A DNA stretch of 64,000 nt from an uncultured Bacteroidales bacterium (GCA_949297215.1 CASFRV010000006.1:20149-84148); one strand, 5' to 3'; positions 9,290-20,412 are shown, numbered from the stretch's first letter. Program-made: numbers and translations. The notes: generated from the sequence alone by a model not told the origin.

Positions 9290-10486
9290 ATGAAAAGACA
9301 CTTTCTCTTTGCCGTGGCGCTGAGCCTCCTGGCAGGAAGCGCCGCAGCCCAGGGAACGGCCGGGGATGCGAAAAAAGACACGCTGGCCTTTACGACCATC
9401 AAGGCAAACCCCATCACGTCCATCAAAGACCAGAACCAGAGCGGCACGTGCTGGTGCTTCTCGTCGCTGAGCTTCCTGGAAGCCGAGCTGCTCCGCGAGG
9501 GCAAGGGCGAGTATGACCTGTGCGAGTCGTTCGTGGTGTATAAAACGATGATCGACCGCGCCGAGCGCGCCGTGCGCACCCATGGCGACGCATCGTTTTC
9601 GCAGGGCGGCAGCTTCTACGATGTGATCTACTGCCTGCAACACTATGGCATCGTGCCCCAGGAGGCCATGGCCGCTCCCGGCAGCCTCTATGGCGACACG
9701 CTCTTCAACCATAACGAGCTCGACGCCGTGGCCACGGCTTACGTCAAGGCCATTGCCAAGGGCAACCACCGCAAACTGACGCCCTGCTGGAAGAAAGGCT
9801 TGGAGGGCATCTACGATGCTTACGTGGGCGAGCTGCCTACCGAGTTTGAGGTGAACGGTAAGAAATATACGCCGAAGAGCTACGCCGAGAGCCTGGGGCT
9901 CAACCTCGACGACTACGTGTCGCTGACGTCGTTCACCCATTATCCGTTCTATACGAAGTTTGTTATCGAAGTTCCCGACAATTGGCGCTGGGCCGAGAGC
10001 TACAATCTGCCGCTCGACGAGTTTATGGAAGTGATGGACAACGCCGTGCGCGAGGGCTACACCTTTGCCTGGGGTGCCGACGTGAGCGAGCCGGGCTTTG
10101 GCCGCGACGGTGTGGCACGCGTGCCGCTGGCTGCCGGGGGAAAAGACCTGACGGGCTCGGACGCCGCACGATGGACGGGTACGGACGGCAAGGCTGCGGC
10201 CGTTGTGAAGGCTTCGGACGACGAGCAGACCATCACGCAGGAAATGCGCCAGGAGGCTTACGACAACTGGCAGACCACCGACGACCACGGCATGGTGATC
10301 TACGGCTTGGCCAAGGACCAGAAGGGCAACGAATACTTCATGGTGAAGAATTCGTGGGGAAAATATGGCAAGTACAAGGGCATCTTCTATGCCTCGAAGC
10401 CTTATGTGGCCTATAAGACGATGAACATCCTCATCAACAAGAAGGCCATTCCCTCGAAGATTGCCAAAAAGCTGGGTTTGAAGTAA
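9290..10486 (+). CDS. Secreted C1-family cysteine peptidase (aminopeptidase C / bleomycin-hydrolase-like)
   Basis: 398 aa, with a signal peptide. The catalytic Cys lies in QNQSGTCWCFSS. C-terminal NSWG motif. Confidence 0.8.
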   Translation: MKRHFLFAVALSLLAGSAAAQGTAGDAKKDTLAFTTIKANPITSIKDQNQSGTCWCFSSLSFLEAELLREGKGEYDLCESFVVYKTMIDRAERAVRTHGDASFSQGGSFYDVIYCLQHYGIVPQEAMAAPGSLYGDTLFNHNELDAVATAYVKAIAKGNHRKLTPCWKKGLEGIYDAYVGELPTEFEVNGKKYTPKSYAESLGLNLDDYVSLTSFTHYPFYTKFVIEVPDNWRWAESYNLPLDEFMEVMDNAVREGYTFAWGADVSEPGFGRDGVARVPLAAGGKDLTGSDAARWTGTDGKAAAVVKASDDEQTITQEMRQEAYDNWQTTDDHGMVIYGLAKDQKGNEYFMVKNSWGKYGKYKGIFYASKPYVAYKTMNILINKKAIPSKIAKKLGLK

Positions 10487-10520
10487 AGCGCAGCCCGCAA
10501 GCTGACAACTGAAAACGACT

Positions 10521-10553
10521 GCCGCCCCGTTTCCTCTGTGGAAGCGGGGCGGC
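10521..10553. terminator. Hairpin between convergent genes
   Basis: GCCGCCCCG / CGGGGCGGC form a 9-bp GC stem with a 15-nt loop, between the peptidase (+) and GNAT (-) gene ends. Confidence 0.55.
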
Positions 10554-10598
10554 GTTGTATGGTGCCGGCGCGGGCGAACGGCGCCTTGCGGCGGGGCA

Positions 10599-11156
10599 TC
10601 AGCGGTGCGGGGGCACGTCGAGCGGCTTGTCGAAGGCCAGGCGCTCGCCCCGCCCGTAGCGCACCGTCCCGCAGCGCACGTAGCCCTCGCTGCCCAGGAG
10701 GGCCAGCATCTCCGCGTTGTCGTAGTTGGTGTCGATGCGCATCGAGGCGGCGCCGGCCGCGCGGGCCAGGGCCTCGGCCTCGTGCAGAAAGCGACGCGCC
10801 ACGCCGCGGCGCAGGGCTGTGGGTGCCACGCACAGACGGTGCACGACGGCGTAGCTCCCCGGCCTGCTCCAACGGCCCGCGAGGGCATCGTAGGCGGGTT
10901 CGCCGTCGATGGCGATGGCTCCGTAGGCCACGACCTGTCCGTCCTCGTCGCATACGTAGGCGTGGCCGCCGCGTATGTCGGCCTCTACGTCGGAGGGGGC
11001 AGGGTAGGCGGCGTCCCACTGGCAGCGCCCCAGGGCGAGCAGGCGGTCGCGCGCGGCGCCGACGACGCGCCACGCCGCGGCAAGGTCGGCCGGGCGGGCC
11101 CGGCGGAACAGGATGGGCGAAGGGGGCTGTTGGTTTACGTCAGTCATAGCTTGCAT
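10599..11156 (-). CDS. GNAT-family N-acetyltransferase
   Basis: 185 aa. Acetyl-CoA binding pattern HRLCVAPTALRRGVARRFL. An alternative start exists at 11147. Confidence 0.8.
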   Translation of the reverse strand: MQAMTDVNQQPPSPILFRRARPADLAAAWRVVGAARDRLLALGRCQWDAAYPAPSDVEADIRGGHAYVCDEDGQVVAYGAIAIDGEPAYDALAGRWSRPGSYAVVHRLCVAPTALRRGVARRFLHEAEALARAAGAASMRIDTNYDNAEMLALLGSEGYVRCGTVRYGRGERLAFDKPLDVPPHR

Positions 11157-11165
11157 GAGGGGCGG

Positions 11166-12338
11166 TCAGAGCGCCAGGCGGTAGATTTCCTCGGTGTCGG
11201 CCGCCGTGAGGGGTACGTAGTGGCCCACGGTGGGCCCCATGTGCTCGTGCAGGCGGCTGTTGAGCAGGGCGATGTCGGGACGGTCGATGCCCAGCTCGGC
11301 CAAGGTGACGGGCATGCCCACGGAGCGCAGCCATTGCTTGAAGCGGTCCACGCCGGCGAGCGTCGTCGCCGTGTCGTCGCTGCCCTCGGCCACGCCCCAG
11401 ACGTTGCGGGCCCACTGGGCCGTTTTGGCAGCGTGGTGGCGGGCCATCCACGTGAGCCATGCCGGGAAGACGACGGCCAGCCCCGCGCCGTGCGTCACGT
11501 CGTAGATGGCGCTCAGCTCGTGCTCGATGAAGTGGGAGGCCCAGTCCTCCTCGCAGCCCGTGCCGCACAGGCCGTTGTGGGCCAGCGTGCCGCTCCACAT
11601 GAGCGTGGCGCGCGCGGCGTAGCCGTCGGGGCGGGCGATGGCCTGCGGCGTGGCCTCGGCAATGGTGCGCAGCAGCGCCTCGGAGAGGGCGTCGGTGACG
11701 GCCGTGTCGGGCGTGTTGGTGAAATAGCGCTCCATGATGTGGGCCATCATGTCGGTGGCGCCGGCAGCCGTCTGCGCGGCCGGCAGCGTGAACGTGAGAC
11801 AGGGGTTGAGGATGGAAAAGCGCGGGCGCAGGGCGCGCGGCGTGCGCAGACTGATTTTCTTTTGCAGGGCGGCGTTGGTGATGACGCTGTTGCCCGAGCC
11901 CTCGCTGCCGGCTGCCGGGATGGTGAGCACGGTGCCCACGGGCAGGGCTTCGCTGACGGTGACCTTGTGCTCGAAAAAGTCCCAGAAGTCGCCGTCGTAG
12001 GGCACGCCGGCCGCGATGGCCTTGGCCGTGTCGATGACGGAGCCGCCGCCCACGGCCAGCAGCATGTCGATGCCATGAGCACGGCAGAGGGCGATGCCCT
12101 CGCGCACCTTGTCGTCGGTGGGGTTGGGGCGCACGCCGCCCAGGGCCGTGTGGACGATGCCGGCAGCGTCGAGCGACGCTCCGACGCGCGCCAGCAGACC
12201 GCTGCGCACGGCGCTGCCGCCGCCATAGACGATGAGCACGCGGCTGCCGCCGTAGCGGGCCACGCATTCGCCGCAGCGGCTCTCGGTGTCGCGCCCGAAG
12301 ACGAACTCGGTGGGGCTGTAAAAGTCGAAATTATCCAT
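11166..12338 (-). CDS. Iron-containing alcohol dehydrogenase (butanol dehydrogenase / YqhD-like)
   Basis: 390 aa from MDNFDFYSPTEFVFG (ATG 12338). GGGSVIDTAKAIA motif. The upstream part of the 1205-aa track ORF is not coding. Confidence 0.9.
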   Translation of the reverse strand: MDNFDFYSPTEFVFGRDTESRCGECVARYGGSRVLIVYGGGSAVRSGLLARVGASLDAAGIVHTALGGVRPNPTDDKVREGIALCRAHGIDMLLAVGGGSVIDTAKAIAAGVPYDGDFWDFFEHKVTVSEALPVGTVLTIPAAGSEGSGNSVITNAALQKKISLRTPRALRPRFSILNPCLTFTLPAAQTAAGATDMMAHIMERYFTNTPDTAVTDALSEALLRTIAEATPQAIARPDGYAARATLMWSGTLAHNGLCGTGCEEDWASHFIEHELSAIYDVTHGAGLAVVFPAWLTWMARHHAAKTAQWARNVWGVAEGSDDTATTLAGVDRFKQWLRSVGMPVTLAELGIDRPDIALLNSRLHEHMGPTVGHYVPLTAADTEEIYRLAL

Positions 12339-12403
12339 GATGAGGTTGATTGAAAGGTGCTGTAAAGTGGTGGTCCGTGCCGCCGTGCGGGCCGTGCGGG
12401 GCG

Positions 12404-13036
12404 TCAGCCTTCGAGCGAGGCCAGCAGCGCTTCGCCGCGGGCTTCTTCGTCGGGGCCCAGGTCCATATATTTCACCAAAGCCTTTCCCGCCGCGCGCTGC
12501 ACGGCCGGCGTGTCGCCCCGCAGGGCGGCTTCGGCCTGGTCGAGCAGTTCGGCCTGGTCGCGCTCGCCGGGGCGTGCCCCCAGGGTGAGCAGGCGCGCCA
12601 CGAGGGTGAAGCCGCAGAGGCGCACCATCTCCTCGTCGCGCGCCATCCAGCGGAACGCCAGGTCCGAGGCGAAGGGCAGGCGGGCGAAGAGGTGGAGCGA
12701 GCACACCTCGGCCTCTTCGGGGTAGTGCATCGTGGCCACCCATTCCTCGGCGTCGACGGGGAGAAACGTTTCGACGGGTTGCACCATCGGTGCCAGCAGG
12801 CGGCATTCGCGTATGTTCTCGTTCCACAGGGCGCGCGCCAGGGCCGGCGTGTGGGGCAGCCCTTCGGCCAGCGCTTGCAGGCGGGGCAGCTCCACGCCGA
12901 AGATAACCTTGTAGGCCAGTCCCTTTTGGCGCATCGAGGCCGAGGCCACGCCGTTCATCAGGGCGCGCAGGTCGCGCTTGATGCCGCGCAGCTGTTCGCC
13001 CAGGCTGTCGGGGGCCGTAGTTTCTTTTTCGTTCAT
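12404..13036 (-). CDS. DNA alkylation repair protein (AlkD-like HEAT-repeat)
   Basis: 210 aa. Pattern typical of the DNA alkylation repair enzyme family (MRQKGLAYKVIFGV, LWNENIRECRLLA). Confidence 0.7.
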   Translation of the reverse strand: MNEKETTAPDSLGEQLRGIKRDLRALMNGVASASMRQKGLAYKVIFGVELPRLQALAEGLPHTPALARALWNENIRECRLLAPMVQPVETFLPVDAEEWVATMHYPEEAEVCSLHLFARLPFASDLAFRWMARDEEMVRLCGFTLVARLLTLGARPGERDQAELLDQAEAALRGDTPAVQRAAGKALVKYMDLGPDEEARGEALLASLEG

Positions 13037-13081
13037 GATGTTTTTTCTTTTGATGGAAGCGTGCGTCGGCGCCGCCGGCGC

Positions 13082-15127
13082 TCAGGGGTTCACGTCGGGC
13101 AGCGTACGATATTGCCGTCCGTAGCGCAGCATCTGGGCGTCGTAGGCCTCGGTGTAGTCGATGCGCACGTCGGTTATCGCCCCGTCGGCGTCGCGCGTGG
13201 CGTGGTAGACGGGGTTGATGAAGCCCTTGTAGGGCGAGAGGTGCAGGCGGGCGTAGCGCCGGCGCATCTCCTCGTGCAGGGCGGGGTCGACCTTCACGCC
13301 ATACTGCTCCACGAGCCTGCGGGCCGCCTCGTAGTCGCCCTCGCTCTTGATGCGCTGCACCTCGGCGAGCAGCTCGGCAAAGAGCGGGCGCAGGGCGGCA
13401 TAGTCGCTGATGGCCAGATAGGTCTTTCCCTCGCGTACGACGAGGGCGGCGGCCCCGCTCTTTTCGGCGCGCTCCATCACCCAGCGGGCTATGAGGGCGC
13501 GGTTGCGCATGTGGGCCTCCTCGATGCCATGTCCCGGCTCGATGCGCACGAGCTGCGTCATCAGACCGTTCATCAGGTACGTATAATATTGTGCACGGTA
13601 GGCCTCGCGGTCGGGCGTGAGGCCCAGCTCGGTGAGCTTCGGGTCGGCCATGTAGTAGAGCCCGAACAGGTCGGCGCGAGCCTCCTCGATGGTCGAGCTG
13701 TACGAGCGGAGCGCGTCGGGGTCGGTGCCGTCGAGCAGACGTCCGCTGCCGTGTCCCAGACATTCGTGCAGGTCGGTGTGCAGGTCGTCCAGCGCGTCGC
13801 CATACGTCCGCACGAGGCGCCGCGTGGGCTCGTCGATGATGAACTCCTCGTCCATCCCGCTGCTGCGAGCCGCCTCGTTGTAGGCTGCTGTGAGGTTGCC
13901 GATGGTCACGCTCTTCGAGCCGTGCTCGTGGCGCACCCAGTCGGAGTTGGGCAGGTTGATGCCGATGGCCGTCGAGGGGTAAAGGTCGCCGCCCAGCATG
14001 GCCGCCGTCACGACGCGGGCCGAAACGCCGCGGCACACCGCCTTCTTGAAGCGCGGGTCGACGGGCGAGTGGTCCTCGAACCACTGGGCGTGGCTGCTGA
14101 GCACCTCGGTGCGGTGCGTGGCCTCGGTGTCGGTATAGTTGACGTATCCCTCCCAGCTGGCCTTGAGCCCCAGCGGGTCGCCGTAGGTTTCGGTGAAGCC
14201 GTTGGTAAAGTCGACGTGCCCCTCCGTCTCTTCGAGCCATTGGATGGTGTAGCGGTCGAAGGTGCGCAGGTCGCCCGTGCGGTAATAGTCGACGAGCGTG
14301 TCGATGACGGCCTGCTGGGCGGCGTTGTCGGCAAAGGGCCGTGCGGCGAGCAGGCTTTCCACAATTTTCCCGATGGCCTCGCCGTAGAGGCCGCCCACGC
14401 GCCACGTGCGTTCGCGCAGCGTGCCGTCGTCCCTGACCAGGCGGCTGTTGAGGCCCGTCATGACGGGGTGCGGGTCGGCGGAGTCCTTGCGCGCGGCGTA
14501 GAAGGCCTCGGCCTCGGCCTGCGTCACGTCGGGGCCATAGTAGTTGCAGGCCGAGGTGAGCAGCAGGTCGTCGCCGTCGCGGTGGTTCACGCGCATGGGC
14601 ATCACCGCGGGGTCGAACATGACGGGTTGCAGCTCGCGCCACAGCTCCTCCGGCGTCTCGCCCGGCGCCAGGGGCAGCGCCTCGCGCGGCAGGCGCTCCA
14701 TCTCGCTGCGCAGAAAGGCGGGGTCGAAGCCCGGCACGAGCTTCTCGCCCCCGTAGTGGTGGTGGATGCCGTTGCTGAACCACACGCGTTTCAGGTAGAC
14801 AGCCAGCGAGCGGAAGGGCTCCTCGTCGCGCGGCCCGCGGTAGTGGGTGTAGACGGCTTCGAGCAGGCGGCGGATGCGCAGGTTATAGCGCCCGTTCTGG
14901 TCGAAAAGGATGTCGCGCCCCCAGAGGGCGGCTTCGGAGAGGTGGTAGACAAGCGTCTTCTGGCGGAGCGAGAGGGCCTCGAAACCCTCCACGCGGTAGC
15001 GCAGCAGGCGGATGTCGGCAAAAGCCTCGTCAGTGTAGCAAAAAGGCTGCCCGCAGGCGCCGGCGGCCGGCCCGCAGGCATAAGCGGCCGGCTCGCTGCC
15101 GGCAGAGGGCGAAATGTCAGGGTTCAT
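13082..15127 (-). CDS. Dipeptidyl-peptidase III (M49 metallopeptidase)
   Basis: 681 aa. Zinc motifs HECLGHGSG and EEARADLFGLY. Confidence 0.85.
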   Translation of the reverse strand: MNPDISPSAGSEPAAYACGPAAGACGQPFCYTDEAFADIRLLRYRVEGFEALSLRQKTLVYHLSEAALWGRDILFDQNGRYNLRIRRLLEAVYTHYRGPRDEEPFRSLAVYLKRVWFSNGIHHHYGGEKLVPGFDPAFLRSEMERLPREALPLAPGETPEELWRELQPVMFDPAVMPMRVNHRDGDDLLLTSACNYYGPDVTQAEAEAFYAARKDSADPHPVMTGLNSRLVRDDGTLRERTWRVGGLYGEAIGKIVESLLAARPFADNAAQQAVIDTLVDYYRTGDLRTFDRYTIQWLEETEGHVDFTNGFTETYGDPLGLKASWEGYVNYTDTEATHRTEVLSSHAQWFEDHSPVDPRFKKAVCRGVSARVVTAAMLGGDLYPSTAIGINLPNSDWVRHEHGSKSVTIGNLTAAYNEAARSSGMDEEFIIDEPTRRLVRTYGDALDDLHTDLHECLGHGSGRLLDGTDPDALRSYSSTIEEARADLFGLYYMADPKLTELGLTPDREAYRAQYYTYLMNGLMTQLVRIEPGHGIEEAHMRNRALIARWVMERAEKSGAAALVVREGKTYLAISDYAALRPLFAELLAEVQRIKSEGDYEAARRLVEQYGVKVDPALHEEMRRRYARLHLSPYKGFINPVYHATRDADGAITDVRIDYTEAYDAQMLRYGRQYRTLPDVNP

Positions 15128-15145
15128 AGCGATGGTTCGGGAAAA

Positions 15146-16603
15146 TCAGTTCTCCCGCCAGAAAGCGGGGGTGAAGATAATGAGCAGCGAGAAGATTTCG
15201 AGGCGCCCGGCCAGCATCAGGAACGAGCTGATCCAGAGCCCGGCGTCGGGCAGGGCGGCCCAGGAGTCGAGCGGCCCCACCGTATGGCCGAAGGCGGGCC
15301 CCACGTTGCTGAAGCTCGACACCGTGACGCTCAGGGCTTCGAGCAGCGGCAGGCCGAGGGCCGCCAGCAGCAGCACGCCGGCGGAGACGAGCAGCGCGTA
15401 AGCCATGAAGAAGGCGAAAATCGTGCGCCCCACGGCGGCGGGCAGGGGCGCGGCGTTGAGGCGCACCGGCGCCAAGGCATGGGGATGGAGGATGTGGCGG
15501 AACTCCGTGACCACCACACGCCAGGCGGCCAGCACGCGCACGCACTTGATGCCCCCCGTGGTGGAACCCGTGGAGGCGCCGACGGCCATCAACAGGATCA
15601 TCACCGCCCAAAGCAGCGGGGGCCACTGCATCATGTCGGAATTGACGAAACCCGTCGTCGACTGCAAGGAGACCACGTGGAACGCGGCCTGGCGGAAGGC
15701 CTCCTCGGCGCCATAACCGCGCTGGAAGAAGAGCACGGCCGCCACCGCCGCGATGGCCGAGAAGCTGATGAGGATGAAACAGCGCAGCTCGCTGTCGCGC
15801 AGCACCTCGCGCAGCCGGCCCTTGATGAGCAGCAGGTAGAGCAGCGTGAAATTGATGCTCGAAAGGAACATGAAGGCCGTGGCCACGTAGTCGAGCAGCG
15901 GGGAAGCGTAGAAACCGAGCCCGGCCTGGTGGGTGGAGAAGCCGCCCGTGGCCACCGTGGAAAAGGCGTGGTTCACGGCGTCGAAGAGCGACATGCCGCA
16001 CACGTAGTAAGCCGCCGTGCAGGAGAGCGTGAGCACCATGTAGACGCCCCAAAGCCAGCGCGCCGTCGTGGCGATGCGCGGATGGAGCTTCTCCGTCTTC
16101 AGCCCGGTGCTCTCGGCCGAGAAGAGCTTCAGCTCGCCCATCCCCATGGCCGGGAGCACGGCGATGGTGAAAAGGACGATGCCCATGCCGCCGAACCAGT
16201 GGGTCAGGCTGCGCCAGAACAGGACGGAGGGCGGCAGCGTGTCGATGTTGTCGAGCACGGTGGCGCCCGTCGTGGTGAGGCCCGACATGGTTTCGAAAAA
16301 GGCGGCGGCCACGCGGTCTTCGTAGCCCCCGATGAGGAACGGCAGCATGCCGATGGCCGAGAAGAGCACCCAGGCCAGCGTCACGATGAGGTAGCTGTCG
16401 CGGCGGCTCATGCGGTTTTCGGCCCGTCGTCCGGCCGTTTTCAGCAGGCAGCCCCCGGCCAGCGACAGGGCCACGGGTATGCCAAACGTCAGGTAGTCGC
16501 GCTCGCCGTAGCAGAGGCCCAGCACGCCGGCCGAGGCCAGCAGCAGGGCGAGCAGGAAGAGGAGCGTGCCAAGGATGCGGGAGATGATGCGGTAGTTGAT
16601 CAT
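15146..16603 (-). CDS. trkH: Potassium transporter TrkH
   Basis: 485 aa from MINYRIISRILG (ATG 16603). Polytopic membrane protein with repeated selectivity-filter-like segments (TTTGAT, ATGGFS, STTGFV, TGGIK). Confidence 0.9.
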   Translation of the reverse strand: MINYRIISRILGTLLFLLALLLASAGVLGLCYGERDYLTFGIPVALSLAGGCLLKTAGRRAENRMSRRDSYLIVTLAWVLFSAIGMLPFLIGGYEDRVAAAFFETMSGLTTTGATVLDNIDTLPPSVLFWRSLTHWFGGMGIVLFTIAVLPAMGMGELKLFSAESTGLKTEKLHPRIATTARWLWGVYMVLTLSCTAAYYVCGMSLFDAVNHAFSTVATGGFSTHQAGLGFYASPLLDYVATAFMFLSSINFTLLYLLLIKGRLREVLRDSELRCFILISFSAIAAVAAVLFFQRGYGAEEAFRQAAFHVVSLQSTTGFVNSDMMQWPPLLWAVMILLMAVGASTGSTTGGIKCVRVLAAWRVVVTEFRHILHPHALAPVRLNAAPLPAAVGRTIFAFFMAYALLVSAGVLLLAALGLPLLEALSVTVSSFSNVGPAFGHTVGPLDSWAALPDAGLWISSFLMLAGRLEIFSLLIIFTPAFWREN

Positions 16604-16647
16604 GACTGGAAGAAAACTGCGGGCCGCACGGCCCGTGTTGTCGGTGT

Positions 16648-17991
16648 TCAGGTGAAAAAGCGCGCCAGCTTGTTGATGGCGTTTTCCAGGCAGAAGGCCA
16701 CCACCGTGTCGCCCGGCATGATTTGCGTGTTGCCGTTGATGAGCAGGCCGCGGCCCTCGCGCACGAGTCCGCCGAGCGTCACCGTGACGGGCAGGCCCAG
16801 GTCCTTGATGGGCTTGCGCGTGATGCGTGCCCCCTCGGGTACGGGAAATTCGGCCACGTCGGCGTTGGCCACGACGAGCGATTTCATCGACGCCACGTCG
16901 GCTTTGAGCATCATCTGGTAGATGTGGCCTGCTGCCAAGGTTTTCTTGTTGACGATGGAGCCTATGTCGAGGTTTTCGGCCATGCCGATGTAGTCGGTGT
17001 TCTCCACCATGGCCACGGTCTTCCTGACGCCCATCTGTTTGGCGGCCAGGCAGGCCAAGATGTTGGCCTCCGAGTTGTCGGAAAGGGCGGCAAAGGCCTG
17101 TGCGCGGTGTATGCCCTCGTCGGCCAGCAGCTCGGGGTCGCGCCCGTCGCCGTGGATAATCATGGTGTGCTTGTTGGTCACGATTTCGCCCAGCTCGGCG
17201 CAGCGCCGCTCGTCGGCTTCGAATATTTTGGCGTGCATGCCGTCGGGCATGTTCTGCACGGTGTGGAGCGAGGTGTCGCCTCCGCCCATGATGAAGAGGT
17301 TTTTCACGTCGGGATAGTCCTCCTTGTCCGTTATCTCGCGCATGTAGTCGGCATACTTGGGCGTGGTCATGAAGTAGACAAGGTCGCCGTCTTGCAGGCT
17401 GTCGTTGCCGTGGGGTATGAGGGTGTCGCCGTTGCGCTTGATGGCCACGACGTGGTAGGGCGCCTCGGGGCCGCACAGGTTGCGCAGGGGGATGTCGAGC
17501 AGGCGTGCGTTGCGGCGCACCTTGATGCCGATGAGCACCAAGGCGCCGCCCTGCACCTCGATCCACTGGCGCGTCCAGCTGCGCTGCACGTTGTGGGCTA
17601 TCTCGCGGCCGGCCAGCAGCTCGGGGTAGATGACCGAGCCGATGCCCACCGACTTGAAGAAGGCGCGGTTCTCGGCCAGGGTGTATTCGTAGTTGTCGAC
17701 GCGGGCCACGGTTTTCTTCGTGCCCAGCTTGGCGGCCAGCATGCAGCACGTCATGTTGCGGGCCTCGTCGGGCGTGACGCCGATGAAGAGGTCGGCGCGG
17801 TCGGCCCCGGCTTCTTTCAGTATGGCGATCGACGACGGATTGCCGTGCAGGGCCATCAGGTCGAAGTTGCTGTTGATGTCGGAAAGCTTCTCCTCGGTTT
17901 CGTCGATGAGGATAATGTCGTGGTGTTCGCGGGCCAGGAGCTTGGCCAGGTGTGTGCCGACGGCACCTGCGCCGGCTATGAGAATTTTCAT
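16648..17991 (-). CDS. trkA: Potassium uptake protein TrkA (tandem RCK/NAD-binding domains)
   Basis: 447 aa from [16 protein letters not shown] (ATG 17991). A second Rossmann repeat is [12 protein letters not shown]. Confidence 0.9.
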   Translation of the reverse strand: MKILIAGAGAVGTHLAKLLAREHHDIILIDETEEKLSDINSNFDLMALHGNPSSIAILKEAGADRADLFIGVTPDEARNMTCCMLAAKLGTKKTVARVDNYEYTLAENRAFFKSVGIGSVIYPELLAGREIAHNVQRSWTRQWIEVQGGALVLIGIKVRRNARLLDIPLRNLCGPEAPYHVVAIKRNGDTLIPHGNDSLQDGDLVYFMTTPKYADYMREITDKEDYPDVKNLFIMGGGDTSLHTVQNMPDGMHAKIFEADERRCAELGEIVTNKHTMIIHGDGRDPELLADEGIHRAQAFAALSDNSEANILACLAAKQMGVRKTVAMVENTDYIGMAENLDIGSIVNKKTLAAGHIYQMMLKADVASMKSLVVANADVAEFPVPEGARITRKPIKDLGLPVTVTLGGLVREGRGLLINGNTQIMPGDTVVAFCLENAINKLARFFT

Positions 17992-19895
17992 ACGAGATGT
18001 TTGGCTATGGAGGTTTTGTCGAGTCCGACGATGGCTTGGAGCTCGGCCACGGAGCCGTGCTCGACGAAGTGGTCGGGCAGGCCCAGGCGCACCACCTCGG
18101 GCGAGAGTCCGTGGTCGGCGAAAAATTCGAGCAGGGCGCTGCCCATGCCGCCCTTGAGCACGCCGTCCTCGACGGTGACGACGCGGCGGAAGCGCCGGCC
18201 CACGTCGAGCAGCAGCTCCTCGTCGAGGGGTTTGAGGAAGCGCAGGTCGTAGTGGGCCACGCTGAGGCGCCGCCCCTCGCGGCGGGCCTGCTCTTCGGCC
18301 AGGGCGATGGCGTCGGCCGCCACGGCGCCGATGGGGCCCAGCGAGACGACGGCCACGTCGGTTCCCTCTTTGAGCAGGCGGCCCTTGCCCACGGGCACTT
18401 CGGCGAGGGGGCAGCGCCAGTCGGTCAGGCGGCCGCGTCCGCGCGGGTAGCGTATGACGAACGTGCCCCGTCCGGGCAGCTGTGCGGTGTACATGAGGCG
18501 GCGCAGCTCGCGCTCGTCGTAGGGCGAGGCGATGGTGAGGCCCGGCACGGGCCGCAGGGCTGCCAGGTCGAAAGCGCCGTGGTGGGTGGGTCCGTCCTCG
18601 CCCACGAGGCCGGCGCGGTCCAGGCAGAGCACCACGGGCAGGCCGAGCAGGGCCGCGTCGTGGATGATGTTGTCGTAGGCACGCTGGGCAAAGGCCGAGT
18701 AGATGTTGCAGAAAGGCTGCATGCCCTCTTTGGCCATGCCTGCCGAGAAGGTCACGGCGTGGCCCTCGGCTATGCCCACGTCGAAGGCGCGGTCGGGCAT
18801 GGCCTCCATCAGAACGTCCATCGAGCAGCCCGTGCTCATGGCCGGCGTGACGCCCACGATGCGCGGGTTGGTGCGTGCCAGCTCGAGCAGCGTTTCGCCA
18901 AAGACGTCCTGGAAGCGTGGCGGCAGGTCGGGGCGGCGCTCGACGATGCGCGTGCCGTGCTCCTTGTCGAACCTGCCGGGAGCGTGCCAGATGGTGGCCT
19001 GGCGCTCGGCGGGCGCATAGCCTTTGCCCTTGACGGTGTGGACGTGCAGCAGTTTGGGCCCGCGCATGTCCTTGATTTCGCTGAGGATGCGCACGAGCTC
19101 GCCCACGTCGTGCCCGTCGGTGGGGCCGAAGTAGCGTATGTTCATCCCCTCGAACACGTTCTGGCGGCCGGCCAGGAGCGATTTGAGCGAGTTGTTGAAG
19201 CGCAGGATGCTGCGGCGCCGCGCGTCGTTGAGCCAGCCCCACGACGCCAGGCGCGATGCCACCTTGAAGCGCAGGCGGTTGTAGAAGCTGCTCGTGTGCA
19301 GATGCAGCAGATACTGACGCATGCCGCCCACGCTGCGGTCGATGCTCATGTTGTTGTCGTTGAGGATGATGAGCAAGTCGTTGGGCGTGTCGGAGGCGTT
19401 GTTGAGGCCCTCGAAGGCCAGGCCCCCGCTCATCGAGCCGTCGCCGATGACGGCCACGACGTGGCGCTGCTCCTCGTGCTTGAGGTGGGCGGCCACCGAC
19501 ATGCCCAGCGCCGCCGATATGGAGTTGCTGGCGTGGCCGCAGGCAAACGTGTCGTAGGGGCTCTCCTCGGGCGAGGGGAAGGGGCGCAGGCCGTGCAGCT
19601 TGCGGTTGGTGGCAAAGGCGTCGCGCCGTCCGGTGAGAATCTTGTGGCCGTAGGCCTGATGGCCCACGTCCCAGACGATGCGGTCGTAAGGCGTGTTGAA
19701 AACGTAGTGTACCGCCACGGTGAGCTCGATGGCGCCCAGGCTCGACGCCAGATGGCCGGGGTTGCCGGCCAGTTCGTCGATGATGTCTTCGCGCAGCTCG
19801 CGGCACACCTCGGGCAGCAGCTCGGGCGGCAGGCGGCGCAAGTCGTCGGGCGAGTCGATGCGTGGCAGATATTCCAGTTTCAAGTCTTTGTTCAT
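17988..19895 (-). CDS. dxs: 1-deoxy-D-xylulose-5-phosphate synthase
   Basis: 635 aa. TPP motif [17 protein letters not shown]. The stop overlaps the trkA start (ATGA). Confidence 0.95.
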   Translation of the reverse strand: MNKDLKLEYLPRIDSPDDLRRLPPELLPEVCRELREDIIDELAGNPGHLASSLGAIELTVAVHYVFNTPYDRIVWDVGHQAYGHKILTGRRDAFATNRKLHGLRPFPSPEESPYDTFACGHASNSISAALGMSVAAHLKHEEQRHVVAVIGDGSMSGGLAFEGLNNASDTPNDLLIILNDNNMSIDRSVGGMRQYLLHLHTSSFYNRLRFKVASRLASWGWLNDARRRSILRFNNSLKSLLAGRQNVFEGMNIRYFGPTDGHDVGELVRILSEIKDMRGPKLLHVHTVKGKGYAPAERQATIWHAPGRFDKEHGTRIVERRPDLPPRFQDVFGETLLELARTNPRIVGVTPAMSTGCSMDVLMEAMPDRAFDVGIAEGHAVTFSAGMAKEGMQPFCNIYSAFAQRAYDNIIHDAALLGLPVVLCLDRAGLVGEDGPTHHGAFDLAALRPVPGLTIASPYDERELRRLMYTAQLPGRGTFVIRYPRGRGRLTDWRCPLAEVPVGKGRLLKEGTDVAVVSLGPIGAVAADAIALAEEQARREGRRLSVAHYDLRFLKPLDEELLLDVGRRFRRVVTVEDGVLKGGMGSALLEFFADHGLSPEVVRLGLPDHFVEHGSVAELQAIVGLDKTSIAKHLV

Positions 19896-20177
19896 CTTAA
19901 CAGTTTGAGAGGCAGCGTCGCGGGCCCCGCGCGCCTTGTGGCGGGAGGCTTCTCCTGCGGCGCGGTGCGGAGCGGCAGCGGCCGCCGCGGGGCAAAAGTA
20001 ACATTTTTTCAGGCGTCGCGCCGTGCTTTTCCGAAAAAACCTTGTGGCCGGGGCCTGCCGCGGGGCTGCCCGGCGCCCTCGCGTGCGTGGCGCGCGCGTT
20101 ATGAGAAAAGGTGGGGCCCCGCCGCCCGCGGGCAGAGCGAAAATGCCGGAACATTTGGCCGTGTGAAAACATTTACT

Positions 20178-20185
20178 TACCTTTG
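20178..20185 (+). promoter_or_regulatory. -7 promoter box TACCTTTG upstream of tRNA-Ser
   Basis: TAnnTTTG match 28 nt before the tRNA 5' end. Confidence 0.5.
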
Positions 20186-20212
20186 CGCCACGTTCAGGCG
20201 TGAACGTTCTAT

Positions 20213-20297
20213 GGAGAGATGGTAGAGTGGTCGATTACAGCAGTCTTGAAAACTGCCGTGCCGAGAGGCACCGGGGGTTCGAATCCCTCTCTCTCCG
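20213..20297 (+). tRNA. tRNA-Ser (anticodon UGA)
   Basis: Acceptor stem GGAGAGA/TCTCTCC. Anticodon arm GCAGT-CTTGAAA-ACTGC. Long variable arm GTGCCGAGAGGCAC. T-loop GTTCGAATC. Confidence 0.9.
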
Positions 20298-20340
20298 CCG
20301 AGCTTTGTATAAAAGCTTTTTAAATGGTTAATCAAGATGA

Positions 20341-20376
20341 GCCTCGTGCGACGTGAGTCGTGCGAGGCTTTTTGTT
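20341..20376 (+). terminator. Intrinsic terminator after tRNA-Ser
   Basis: AGCCTCGTGCGAC / GTCGTGCGAGGCT form a 13-bp stem (two G-U pairs) followed by TTTTTGTTT. Confidence 0.7.
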
Positions 20377-20412
20377 TGTGCGCGTGACTGCCGTGGGCGG
20401 GTGCGCGGGGGC

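Noticed and set aside
11166-14783. 1205-aa fused ORF, and similarly 15146-17749 and 16648-19806
   Set aside because: Only the 3' parts are genes (alcohol dehydrogenase, trkH, trkA). The 5' extensions run through neighbouring genes in the wrong frame and are Arg/Pro/Gly-rich. Starts were reset to the ATGs that open the recognisable proteins.
12350-16921. 1523-aa plus-strand ORF
   Set aside because: It runs antisense across four well-supported minus-strand genes (alkD-like, DPP III, trkH, part of trkA). The sequence is low-complexity and G/A/R/V/H-rich, so it is not coding.
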